This document shows positions 27,159-40,018 of a DNA stretch of 64,000 nt, piece after piece. The notes beneath the pieces were generated by a model. It searched no databases, had not been told where the DNA came from, and saw only the letters and a program-made list of their open reading frames with translations. The position numbers and the translations under genes are program-made. Position 1 is the stretch's first letter; every line of letters starts with the position of its first letter. Origin of the DNA: Octopus sinensis (lineage: Eukaryota); assembly GCF_006345805.1 (NCBI RefSeq), contig NC_043011.1:33554464-33618463 (forward strand), in the 5' to 3' direction.

Positions 27159-27416
27159 TTTCGTTGTGTATTAAATTTATATTTATCTCTCACTCTGGAT
27201 AGAGTACTTTATTTGTGGATTCTACCTATATATATATATGAGAAAGAGAAAGAGAGAGAGAGACTGCTTTTCTATGGAGAGTGCTGTTTTGATATTTTGA
27301 AAATACGATTGTGTTTGAGATCAGCCTTATTTTTATTGATATTTCATTTTCTATATTTTAATACAGTCTATTAAGGAACAACGATTTGAGTGAGGAATAA
27401 GAGAGCGAGAGTGAGT

Positions 27417-27447
<31 letters not shown>

Positions 27448-28096
27448 TGAGAGACATAGAGACAGACAGAAAAAGAGAGAGAGAATGGGATGTGAAGAAA
27501 GAAGGAGAGTGAATTAAAATCATTAAGGAGCTAAAAAATAGTTAATTGAAGGATGTGGGTGAAGGAAAAGTAACAGAAGGAGAAAATATGGAAGGGAAAA
27601 ATGGACGAAGCGTAAATAATAAACATGACGAAAAAGACGAAAGGTGTAAAGAAAAATTTGAAGTGAAAGATAAAGGGAAGAAGGAAGGAAATGAAGAAAA
27701 AGGAAAAAAGAACTGGAAGAAAGTGAGGAAAGAAAACAAAAAGTAAAGAGAAGAAAGGTGAAGAAAAAAGAAGGAGGGGGAATAAAGAAAGACAAAAGAA
27801 TGGTAGAAGGAAGGAAGAGAGGAAAAGTGAGAAACTAATTGAAAAGACAACGAACGGATGAAATATATAAAATGTGGAAAATAGAAGAACAGAAGACTGG
27901 CAACGATGCAATGCAAGATAGAAATGATGTAAGGAATAAAAGAATATATTAAAATAATTATGAAGGAAATAACTAGGATCTTTGTGAAAAAACGTCAATT
28001 ATTATTCGAAAATTGGAGAAGGAAATGAAATCGGGCGCAAGGAAAAACATCTGTCTATATTGTGTTAGATTTAATAGACTAACTGGACTGTACAGA

Positions 28097-28189
<93 letters not shown>

Positions 28190-28491
28190 TACGTATGTGT
28201 ATAGATAAAGATATAGATATACAAATATATATACATACATATATACATGCATACATATATACATATATATAGATATATAGATGCACACGCGCGCGGGCGC
28301 ACACACATATTCACGTGCAAATAGGCATAGAGAAAAGTTCTTGAATAAAATGTGTCTATGCACATGTGCATACATGTACTTATTCATAGATGTGTGTGTG
28401 TGTGTATGTGTGTACATGTACATAAGCATACGGGCGCACAAACATGCACATACGTACCATCGCTAACATACCATCTTAAAGAAGAAGATTT

Positions 28492-28540
<49 letters not shown>

Positions 28541-28593
28541 CATGCATGTATGTATATATATATATATATATATACATGCATGTATTGTATATA

Positions 28594-28626
<33 letters not shown>

Positions 28627-29642
28627 ATTATATAAATATATGCATACATACATATATATACACGCCTACATATATATGTATACATACATGCATATATGGG
28701 TACAGGACATAAAAAAAACGTTGAACACAATGAGAAACGAAAACATAAAAACAAAAACAGAGAATATTCCCCTTGTTCAGTTGTCCCTGTTTCATCTACT
28801 CCGTGCGTCGAGGCAAGGACAATACGCGACTTCGTTGAAACAATCCTACCCGCAAAGCAAATTAAATAAAATTTGGGGTTTTTTGCGGAGGGTAAAGGTG
28901 AGAACAAAACAGTAAAAACAAACGGTGAGGGTTGTTAAGCCAAGACGACAGAAAAATTATTATGAACGCTAGGAAGACGAGCTTTTGAGAGAAGACAGTA
29001 TAAGCATGTTTTGTCTTTAGGAAGGCAGTGAGCAACGAGAGGAAGGGACGTGTCAGCGACGAGAGAGTCGAGAAAGAGGAGCGAGAGAGCGGGAACGGTG
29101 AAGAGGAGAAGAGAAGAATAGGGAAGGGTGGGAGAGAAAACCAGGAAGGATGAAGAACAAGAGAGGGAGAAAGATAGGCAGAGAAGAGATAGTAGTGATA
29201 GAAGAGTGCGCATCGTAATTAAGGTTACTTGGAAAAGGATGCGTGGTGTTCGATCAAATAATAATATAAATATATGCATATATACATACATATATGTACA
29301 TACCTACATGAATATATATATATATAACTTGTTTTAAAACTCTGAGCGAGAGATACACAGTAACAGCACCGGATAGTAGTGTTTATATGCCAACAGAATG
29401 TAGCAGTCCTATGAAGGGCGATGTTACTGTTGTTTTAGGTCCAAGAAAACATCTTTTCCAGCTGGCTACCGGTATACAATTTGTGTCCATATATCATTTG
29501 CAAGGGAGGTCATCGCTCTCATCTCTAGCCTTACAAACTAGTGACGAAAGGTCTTTCCACTTGAAAATACAATATATCTTTTAAGCGACATACGATCGCT
29601 GATCTCGTCTTATATATATATATTATATATATATATATATAT

Positions 29643-29711
<69 letters not shown>

Positions 29712-29799
29712 AATATATAATATATGTGTGTATATATATATATATATATAATATATATATATGGGTATATATATATATATGTGTATATATATATATATA

Positions 29800-29861
<62 letters not shown>

Positions 29862-29864
<3 letters not shown>

Positions 29865-30233
29865 GAGACGCAATGGCCCAGTGGTTAGGGCAGCGGACTC
29901 GTGGTCATAGGATCGCGGTTTCGATTCCCAGACCGGGCGTTGTGAGTGTTTATTGAGCGAAAACACCTAAAGCTCCACGAGGCTCCGGCAGGGATGGTGG
30001 TGATCCCTGCTGTACTCTTTCACCAAACTTTCTCTCACTCTTACTTCCTGTTTCTGTTGTACCTGTATTTCAAAGGGCCGGCCTTGTCACTCTTTGTGTC
30101 ACGCTGAATATCCCCGAGGGTACACGTGTCTGTGGAGTGCTCAGCCACTTACACGTTAATTTCACGAGCAGGCTGTTCCGTTGATTCGGATCAACCGGAA
30201 CCCTCGTCGTCGAAACCGACGGAGTGCTTCCAT

Positions 30234-30235
<2 letters not shown>
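29862..30235 (+). mobile_element. tRNA-derived SINE family A, full length
   Basis: A-box TGGCCCAGTGG, B-box-like GGTTTCGATTCCC, and a shared body and tail. Confidence 0.9.
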
Positions 30236-30279
<44 letters not shown>

Positions 30280-30293
30280 ATATACATACATAT

Positions 30294-30709
30294 ATTCTTT
30301 TATTCTTTTATTTGTTTCAGTCATTTGACTGCGGCCGTACTGGAGCACCGCCTTTAGTCGAACAAATCGACCCCAGGATTTATTCTTTATAAGCCTAGTA
30401 CTTATTCTACCGGTCCCTTTCGCCGAACCGCTAGGTTTCGGGGGATATAAACACAACAGCACCGGTTGTCAAGCGGTGATAGGCAGGCAAAGGGACAAAC
30501 ACAGACACAAAAAACACACACAACACACACATAGCTAAATATACATATGTATATTCGACGGTCTTCTTTCAGTTTCCGTCTACTAAATCCACTCGCAAGG
30601 CTTTGGTCGATTCGAAGCTATTGCAGAAGACACTTGCGTAACGTGCCACACAGTAGGACTGAACCTGGGACAATGTGGTTGGTAAGCAAGCTTCTTTCCA
30701 CACAGCCAC
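30294..30709 (-). mobile_element. SINE family B
   Basis: Matches 4331-4765. Confidence 0.85.
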
Positions 30710-31040
30710 TTCAACACCAATATTGTTTTAAAATAAATACTTGCGCGAAATTTGGAGTAGGTTGGACTATTATATTCTGCTGATAGATCGACCACACATC
30801 GATATATACTGTCATTGGATCGAAAGGATACAAATTGAAGGTGTTGAGATTCTATCATTCGTATTAGTGTGATACTTACAGGATAAAACGTTTATTTATT
30901 CCGGGTATAAGACTAAGTGCAGTTATTTCGGCTATTAACAACGCATTTCTTATAGATTTTTCTCTGAAGAGCACCCTTGATAGCTGAAACAGATTACGTC
31001 TTATAACAAAATTATCAGTAAATCCATTATAAGAAAGCTA

Positions 31041-31072
<32 letters not shown>

Positions 31073-31777
31073 CTCATGTGAATATACATTATATGTGATA
31101 ATTATTTATATGTATGTATGTATGTATTTATCTGTCTATACACACCACATATACATACATAGCGCATACACACACTCACAATCTCCATTCTACAAACACG
31201 AGTTTACATGACACACTGTATAAACTTGACATACGCTTAAACAACAGCATATTTCTAATGCATACATACACACACACATACATACATACATACATACATA
31301 CATACATGCATACATTCATACATACACACATACGTACATACATACGTACATACATACATACGTACATACATACATACATACCATAAATGGTGCACTCCTG
31401 CCTTGTGAAGAAATGCTTAAGTGACAATCTTGGTTAAGCTGGGGTTTTCAGGAAAAGAAATCAACCAGCTAACACGCACATTACAAATACAATCTATTAG
31501 CCAGACTAAAAACATGCAAGACTTATCTCATTTCCAAAATGTGAATTTGTTTTTGTTATCTACATTCTAATGATGGAGCTTTGCGTTTTTGTTAGAAACC
31601 TGTGCCTTCCTTACAGGAAGACTTCAAAAAGCTAATCATAGGAGAGAACATACATACATACATACATACATACATACATACATACATACATACATACATA
31701 CATACATGCATGCATGCATACATACATACATACATACATACCATACATACATACATACATACGTACGTACGTACATA

Positions 31778-31880
31778 CCCTGTCGTTGATGTTGAAATTC
31801 CAATGAAAGAACCTTGAATCTAATTTAGAAACCGGTTCTTTCTCTATTGGCAAGAAATCTTGAATTAAACTGAATAATGA
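31778..31880 (+). repeat. Dispersed repeat of about 100 bp embedded in (CATA)n
   Basis: Homologous to 50359-50455 (CCAATGAA..A.CCTTG.ATCTA....AGAAACCGG.TCTTTCTCTA.TGGCAAGAAAT). Confidence 0.8.
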
Positions 31881-31934
31881 CATACATGCATACATACATA
31901 CGTACGTACGTACGTACATAATAATAATAATGAT

Positions 31935-32560
31935 TTCAAAATTTGCCACAAGAGCAGCCATTTTGGAAGAGGGAAAAGTCGATTACATCGATTCCAGTAC
32001 GTAACTGGTACTTAATTTATAGACCCCCGAAAGAATGAAAGGCAAAGTCGACTTCGGCAGAATTTGAACTCAGATTGTGAAGACGGACGAAATACCTATT
32101 TCTTTATTACCCACAAGGGGCTAAACACAGAGGGGACAAACAAGGACAGACATAGGTATTAAGTCGATTACATCGACCCCAGTGCGTAACTGGTACTTAA
32201 TTTATCGACCCCGAAAGGATGAAAGGCAAAGTCGACCTCGGCGGAATTTGAACTCACAACGTAACGCAGACGAAATACCGCTAAGCATTTCGCTCGGCGT
32301 GCTAACGATACTGCCAGCTCGCCACCTTTATACATAATAATAATAAAAATTACAATCCTTTCTACGATAGGCACAAGGCCCGAAACTTGGGTGAGGAGCT
32401 AGTCAATTACATTGACCCCCAATACTCAGCTGGTACTTATTCTATAGACCCCGAAAGGTTGAAAAGCAAAGTCAACCTCGGCGGAACTTGAACTCAGAAC
32501 GTAGCGACGGGCGAAATACCGCTAAGCATTTCGTCCAGCGTGCAAGCGATTCTGCCAGCT
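31935..32560 (-). mobile_element. Cluster of three SINE family C units
   Basis: Repeated CCCCGAAAG(G/A)..GAAA.GCAAAGTC.ACCTCGGC.GAA.TTGAACTCA. Confidence 0.85.
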
Positions 32561-32934
32561 GATGATGATGATGGGACGGCACAGGACAAAACATTGAATG
32601 TTTGTGCGTACGTGTGCGCATGTGTGTTATTGTGAGGGTTTTACGTGTAGACAGGGTTAACGTTAAAAAAAATTGGCACAAGGCCAGTAATTTTAGAGAT
32701 GGGGTAGGATAGTCGATTGTATTGACCCCTGGTTTTGCATTGAGCCCCTTTTTTTCATTCATACTTTATTTTATTGATCTCCAAAGGCCAAACATTTTGT
32801 TCGACGCTCTAACGATTCTAAGAGCAACATCAACGACAAGTAAGGAGAGGAATTCTTTACATGGTCATTCAATTTGCAAAAAATAGCAGTCAAATATCCT
32901 TCAAATCCCATCCTATAGTGTGTTTTAAAGAAAT

Positions 32935-33688
32935 GTGAGTGGCAGTGGGGTAAGTAGCTTGGTTACCAGCCACATGGTTCCGGGTCCAGTCCCACTGCGT
33001 AGCACCATGGGCAAGTGTCTTCTACTATAGCCTCGGGCCGACCTTGTGAGTGAATTTGGTTGACGGAAACTGAAAGAAGCCCGTCGTATATACATATATC
33101 TTAAAGACTCCGCCGGTTACGACGACGAGGGTCCCAGCTGATACGATCAACGGAACAGCTTGCTCGTGAAATTAACGTGCAAATGGCTGAGCATTCCACA
33201 AACACGTGTACCCTTAACGTAGTTCTCGGGGATAATCAGCGTGACACAGAGAGTGACAAGGCTGACCCTTTGAAATACAAGTACAACTCATTTTTGCCAG
33301 CTGAGTGGACTGGAGCAGCGTGAAATAAAGTGTCTTGCTCAAGGAGAAAAACGCGTCGCCGGGAATCGAACTCACAACCTTACGATCATGAGCCGAATGC
33401 CCTAACCACTAAGCCACGCGCCCTCACATACATATATATGTGTGTGTGTGTGTGTGTGTGTATAAGTACGTTTGTGTGTCTGTATTTGTCCCCCAGCATC
33501 GCTTGACAACCGATGCTGGTGTGTTTACGTCCCCGTAACTTAGCAATTCGGCAAAAGAGACCGATAAAATAAGTACTAGGCTTACAAAGAATAAGTCCTG
33601 GGGTCGATTTGCTCGACTAAAGGCGGTGCTCCAGCATGGCCGCAGTCAAATGACTGAAACAAGTAAAATAGTAAAAGAGTAAAGAGTA
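32935..33688 (+). mobile_element. SINE family B hosting a nested SINE
   Basis: Head 32935-33086, tail 33470-33688, interrupted within its internal microsatellite. Confidence 0.85.
33100..33427 (-). mobile_element. Nested tRNA-derived SINE (core type 2, family A tail)
   Basis: Full head GTGAGGGCGCGTGGCTTAGTGG. TSD ATACATATAT at 33090-33099 and 33428-33437. Confidence 0.88.
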
Positions 33689-34119
33689 GATACTCCAAAA
33701 AAAAAAGACGGCTCTTTGAGTTTTATTCTGTCAGAGCTGAGCTGGGATGAACACAACCAGCACCTTTACAACCACCACCACCACCACCACCACCACCACC
33801 ACCACCACCACCTCCACCACCACCTCCAACCACCACCACCACCAACGACGGCAACAACAACAACAACGTCAGAATAGAAATAAACGAACCAACGAGGCAT
33901 CTTGTATGTGGTCGCTCTAAATACTAGAAAAGGCAGCCGAATCTCCCTCAGATCACACTCCGACGACTTTGAGAAGGGAACAGATGCATTTGTTTTTAAG
34001 TTGTTCTTGATACCCCCTAAAAATGATGGGATGGTCATGACTGGAATAACTTTAATCATAAGTCAGGTACATCCGGTTTGACCTAAGGTTTAAAAAATAT
34101 CAATATATTCAACAAATAT

Positions 34120-34430
34120 CACCGTGATCGCCGTGACCGACCAGGCTATCAGATGTTGCTACACATCGCTGGTCACAATGCGTTTCGCATTGTTTTAACC
34201 TTTAAATGACGCCACCCCGCTGGCTAAGCGAGCAGGCCAACAGAAGAAAGAGTGAGAGAAAGTTGCGGCAAAAGAGTACAGCAGGGATTGCCACCACCCC
34301 CTACCAGAGCCTCGTGGAGCTTTAGGTGTTTTCGCTCAATAAACACTCACAATGCCTAGTCTAGGAATCGAAACCGTGATCCTATGACCGCGAGTCCGCT
34401 GCCCTAACCACTGGGCCATTGCGCCTCCAC
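34120..34430 (-). mobile_element. SINE with family A head and core plus an alternative tail
   Basis: 15-bp TSD ATATTCAACAAATAT at 34105-34119 and 34431-34445. Confidence 0.9.
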
Positions 34431-35239
34431 ATATTCAACAAATATATCGATAACAGTATCAGCAACAACAACTACACTAACATCAGCGACATCAACAACA
34501 GCAACAGCAACAACACAATCAAAATCAACAAATCGATAACAACGTGAAAATAGTAATAACTACGTGATCAAGAGCATCACCCCACAACCGCCCTTGCTGC
34601 TGCCGCTGCTGCTGCTATTACCGCTGCCTTCTTTGCTGTCGTTTTCCTCGAGTCTGCTGCTGCTTGCTGCTGTCAAAATAACAAAATTTAGATCCTCCCC
34701 TCTCCCCCCCCACCCGCTCTCAAAATAAGATTACAGACTTTGTGTTAATTGTTTATCAATTTACACAATTCATCAATTATTTGTTTGCTACATGTGTGTG
34801 TGTGTGTGTGTTGAGGGAGAGAGAGGGGGAGAGAGAACGAAAAAAAAAACAATGACACAATAGTCAATGCTGTCAATGATATATAAAAAGGTGAGAGGGT
34901 CATATATGGAAAGCCTTTAGTGATAGATATCTCAGTCAGAGTTGGGGTAGAGCTAACAGCAATAACTTTAGTAAATGACTCCACCACCACCACCACTACC
35001 ATTATCATTGCCATTATGGCTATTAACGTCATTATCTCTACATTCACCATCAACATCTCCATGGGAACCACCATCACCACAACCACAACCACCACAACCA
35101 CCACAACCACTACCATCGCCACCACTGTCACAACTATCACCACCGTCATTACCACTACCACCAATACTTCCGCCGCAACTGTTGCCTTCTTTTATCACCA
35201 CCGTCGCCACCATCACAACCATTGCCGCCAATAATAATG

Positions 35240-36005
35240 ATTCTTTCGACAATAGATACAAGGCCTGAAATTTTGGGGTGGTGGGGGGGGGGACGAGTCG
35301 ATTATATCGATCCCAGTGCTTCACTGGTACTTAATTTATCGATCTCGAAAGGATGAAAGGCAAAGTCGACCTCGACTGAATTTGAACTCAGAACGTAGCG
35401 ACGGATGGGATGCCGATAAGCATTTTGCTCAGCGGAATAACAATACTACCAGTTCATCGCTTTACGTTCTGAGTCCAAACTCCGCCGAGGTCGATATTGC
35501 CTTTCATCCTTTCGGGGTCGATTAAATAAGTACCAGTTACGCACTGGGGTCGATGTAATCGACTTAATCCCTTCGTCTATCCTTGTTTGTCTCCTCTATG
35601 TTTACAGTCCTGTGGACAATAACGAAATAACTATAGATTAATTTTGCCTTGATTTTTCTCTTCCAACTTAATTAAAACTATTGCGAATTATTCATAAAAA
35701 TATTATTACTACAAACTGTTTATTTCATGATTTTATGTCCCCTCTATATTTAGCCCCTTATGGGCAATAAAGAAATAAAATAAGGAAATAATAAGGGTTT
35801 CAAAATTTGGCACACGACCAGCAATGTAAGGAGGGGTTAAGTCGATTACATCGACCCGCATTGCTCAACTGGTACTTATTTTATCGACCCCGGAAAAGAT
35901 GAAAAGAAACTAGGTCTTGGCTGGATTTGAACTCAGAACAGAATGCCGAACGAAATGCAGCTAAATATTTTGCCCAGCATGCTAACGATTCTTCCACCGC
36001 GCCAC
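35240..36005. mobile_element. Cluster of SINE family C copies in both orientations
   Basis: Core on - (about 35300-35400 and 35840-35990) and on + (about 35460-35630). Confidence 0.8.
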
Positions 36006-36320
36006 CATAAAATAAGAATGAAATAAAGAAACGGTAATGAGAAAAAAAAAGAAAGCAACGACTATTCTTCAATAACCACCGCGCAATAAAAATATCACAA
36101 GTCATAACATTACATAATCGACAGCCAATACTATAACACATCTTACACAATTCACGCAACTCGTATTCAACGCTATTATCACCCAATATTATAGCGCAAC
36201 CCACGCAGCTAGCACATTCGCTTATACAGTCACCTACACTACACTTAAAACACCCAAACACCAGTCACGCAGCGCTCACCAAACGTAAACACTATTAAAC
36301 AAAACAATAATATAATCTAC

Positions 36321-36351
<31 letters not shown>

Positions 36352-36602
36352 GTGTGTGTGTGTTGTGTGTGTGTGTGTGTAATGTTACCGCTATCAGGTG
36401 TTTTAGTGACGGACTGTGATTGTATGTGAATAACTGGTTTTTAAATGCTTTGACTTCCTGTCGCATTGGAGATCAAATACATAACGTATTGGTATACTTC
36501 GTATCTAAAGGTTAATAAAAATGTGATGTTGACAACCCACTGCTCTTATTATTATTTATACAGAGACAAAGCTAGAAATTTTAAAGGAAGTATATACTCG
36601 AT

Positions 36603-36845
36603 TGTGGCTTAGTGGTTAGGGGCGTTGGACTCATGATCTTAAAATTGTGGTTTCAATTCCTGGACAGGGCGACGCATAGTGTTCTTGAGCAAAACACTTC
36701 ATTTCATCTTGCTCCAGTCCGCTCAGCAGGCAAAAATGAGTAATCCTGCGATGGACCGGCATTTCGTCCAAGTGAGGAATGTATACGCCATGGAAACCAG
36801 GAAACAGGCCCTATAAGTCTTTACGACTCGGGAAAAGACCTTCAT
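36603..36845 (+). mobile_element. tRNA-derived SINE like 3945-4201
   Basis: GTGGCTTAGTGGTTAGGG head, CTTGAGCAAAACACTT core and CCTGCGATGGACCGGC tail. Confidence 0.8.
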
Positions 36846-37036
36846 CTTACCATGTTGGTACCGGTTCTTGATTTATTGACGCCTGGGAATAAAAGGCAAA
36901 TCTGACCTTGGCGTGATATGAACTCAGAACCCAAAGAGTGAGAGCAAATGCGTCAAGGCTTTCCTTCAACACTCTTACGATTCTACTAATTGGCCTTGTT
37001 ATTTAATTAAAAGATAATGGGTTAGACACAAGACTA

Positions 37037-37640
37037 AAGCGGCGAGCTGGCAGAAACGTTAGCACGCTGGATGAAATGCTGTCTTTATGTTCTGAGTTCA
37101 AATTCCGCAGAGGTTGACTTTGCCTTTCATCCTTTCGGGGTCAATTAAATAAGTACCAGTTACGCATTGGGGTCGATGTGATCGACTTAATCTCTTTGTC
37201 TGTCCTTGTTTATCCCCTCTATGTTTAGCCCCCTGTGGGCAGTAAAGAAATAAGAATTGGTTGCGCATCTGAGAAAAAATTCTGAGCGGCGTCTGGCTCA
37301 TTACATTCTGAGTTCAAATTCCACCGAGGTCAGCTTTGCGTTTTAACCTTTCGGTGGGTGGCATTATAAAATAAGTGCTCGTGGTGCACTAATGCCGCTG
37401 TAATCGGTTAACATGCTCACCCTAAAAATTTCTGGCCGTGTACCAAAATTATAAAGAATTGAGGCTCAAGACTGAGTATTTTTAGGGGAGAGCTATAGTT
37501 GAAGCCATCGATTGGTACTTTATTTTATCGCCCCCTCCCCTCACAAAGAATGAAAAGCAGGTTGACCACGGCGAGATTTGAACTCAGAACGTAAAGTGCT
37601 TGTACAATTACTTTAAAATATTATTCTCCGACGCTCAAAC
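37037..37640. mobile_element. SINE family C cluster
   Basis: A near-full unit at 37037-37256 plus older fragments. Confidence 0.8.
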
Positions 37641-37690
37641 GATTCTGCTAGATGGATACCTTTATTTATTAAATGATAATTCTCTCTACT

Positions 37691-38055
37691 GTGGAGGCGC
37701 AATGGCCCAGTGGTTAGGGCAGCGGACTCGCGGTCGTAGGATCGCGGTTTCGATTCCCAGACCGAGCGAAAACACCTAAAGCTCCACGAGGCTCCGGCAG
37801 GGATGGTGGTGATCCCTGCTGTACTCTTTCACCACAACTTTCTCTTACTTCCTGTTTCTGTTGTACCTGTATTTCAAAGGGCTGGCCTTGTCACTCTCTG
37901 TGTCACGTTGAATATCCCCGAGAACTACGTTAAGGGTGCACGTGTCTGTGGAGTGCTCAGCCACTTACACGTTAATTTCACGAGCAGGCTGTTCCGTTGA
38001 TCGAATCAACCGGAACCCTCGTCGTCGTAACCGACGGAGTGCTTCCATCCATCCA
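37691..38055 (+). mobile_element. SINE family A, full length
   Basis: Consensus match, flanked by the imperfect TSD AATT(C/A)TCTCTACT. Confidence 0.9.
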
Positions 38056-38716
38056 ATTATCTCTACTATAGGCACACGGCCTGAAGTCGATAACATTGAA
38101 CGCAGCGGTTAACTGGTGCTTATTTTATCGATCCACGAAAGGAAAGAAAGGCGAAGTCGACTTCAGCGGAATTTGAACTCTGAACATAATGAACTGGAAC
38201 AAATACTGCAGGGCATTTTTTCTTTTTTAAATGCTCAAATGATTCTTCCAGTTCATCGCTTTTATTTCTCGAATGATAATGTATGTTAAATTACTGATTA
38301 TGATTATTTCCCCTTTTAATAGAAATCTTCGTCGTTTCTTTTTATAAAATCAACCTAGTGTTTCTTATGAGGTGGGAGAGAAAAGAGCGAGGGTGGAAAA
38401 GAGGTGGGCAAATTGCCATACTTAATAGAATTAAGATGGCTTCCTTCATTTTAAACTTATCCAACACCATGGAAAAGAAAGCAGAATTCTTTTGGAGCAA
38501 ACTATTCCGTCTACTCAATTAATAAAGAAAGTCTGTGAGAAATGCAAAAAATCCCACCAATATATTTTGGCGGGAGTTTATTATTAATATATACCAGTTC
38601 AAGAACCGTCGAATTAACCCAGCTTTGATTGATCTGTCTGGGATAGAAATAGGCTGATTGCCAATTCCACAACAAAACAAAAAAATTACCAAAGTAAATA
38701 AATAAAGTGTAATATT

Positions 38717-39102
38717 TTTTACTTGTTTCTGTCATTGGACTAAGGCCATGCTGGGGCACCGCCTTCAAGGCCTTTTGTCGACCCCAGAACTTAGGTGTTT
38801 TTTTTTTAAGTCTGGTACTTATTGTATCGGTCTTTTTGCCGAACTGCTAAGCTACGATGACGTAAACAAGCACCAACACCGGCTGTCAAGTGGTGGGCGT
38901 ATGTGACTCAATGACACACATACACATGTATATATATGCAATGGGCTTCAACACAGTTTTCATCTACCAAATTTACTCCCAAAATATTGGTCAGCCCGAG
39001 GCTATAGAAGACACTTGCCCAAGGTGCCACGCAGTGGGACAGAACCAGAAACCATGTGGTTGCAACGCGAGCTGCTTAAACTACCCAGCCATGCCTGCAC
39101 CT
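38717..39102 (-). mobile_element. SINE family B, diverged
   Basis: Head, core and tail are recognisable. Confidence 0.8.
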
Positions 39103-39353
39103 AAAACGAAACTTTCCACTGAAAAGAAATGAAATCAAGAATCATATAATTCTGAAGAACTGAGTGGTCTTTAGAGCGAAAGAATTTTATGTATTCTATT
39201 CTTAGTAAAGTTATTTCATTTCAACTTTTCACGTCTCACATTAATCTAATTTCATAAACTAACACACCGTTTTGGTTTGGAAAAACTTCGCTTTGAATTG
39301 AACACACCATTGATACTAATATAGTTTTCCTTCATAAGCAGAATTCCCATTGC

Positions 39354-39392
39354 TCTACTGAAGAAGTTGATAAAGCTGAAACACGTCTGTAA
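39354..39392 (+). ncRNA. Minimal hammerhead-like motif with weak stem I
   Basis: CTGAAGA AGTT GATAA AGCT GAAAC AC GTC TGTAA. Confidence 0.45.
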
Positions 39393-39437
39393 GAAACAGT
39401 GACATTCTTTAAAAACTTCCAATATAGATTAATTTTA

Positions 39438-39660
39438 GGGCGGCGAGCTGGCAGAATCGTTAGCACGCCGGGCGAAAAGCTTAGAGGTATTTCGTCTGCC
39501 GTTAGGTTCACATTCCGCCGAGGTCGATTTTCTCTTTCATCCTTTCGGGGTCGATAAATAAGTACCAGTTATACACTGGTGTCGATGCAATCGACTTAAT
39601 CCCTTTGTCTGTCCTTGTTTGTCCCCTCTATGTTTACAGTACTGTGGGCAATAACAAAAT
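39438..39660 (+). mobile_element. SINE family C
   Basis: Full head and core. Confidence 0.85.
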
Positions 39661-40018
39661 AACTATAGATTAATTTTGTCTTGATTTTTCTTTTCCAACT
39701 TAATAAAAACTATTGGAAATTATTCATAAAAATATTATTACTACAAACTGTTTATTTTATGATAATTAATTTCTCTCAGGAAATGAATTCTAAGGTAATT
39801 TAAACCAACCATGATTGGAAAAAATCTGACCTGCTTTTAAAGCTGTCGAGCAGTTGAACACTCTATACGAAAATAATCAAATAACACGAAGCAATTCTGT
39901 GCTAAGACGTTTTTACGGTTAATCAAAAATATGTGTTTGTCTCGTTACCTTGAATGTTGCTTAGAAAATTAATCGCCTTTACCATAAAATCATCATCATC
40001 ATCTTCATCGATATGATC

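Noticed and set aside
27523-27998. Lys/Glu-rich and Phe/Ser-rich ORFs
   Set aside because: Purine-rich low-complexity tract.
29862-29935. tRNA-like sequence (also at 3945, 37691 and 60560)
   Set aside because: These are SINE heads continuous with SINE bodies, several with TSDs, not tRNA genes.
34745-35324. Thr-, Pro-, Val- or Gly-rich ORFs resembling mucin or extensin
   Set aside because: Degenerate (ACC/ATC)n repeat open in several frames on both strands, with no convincing splice context.
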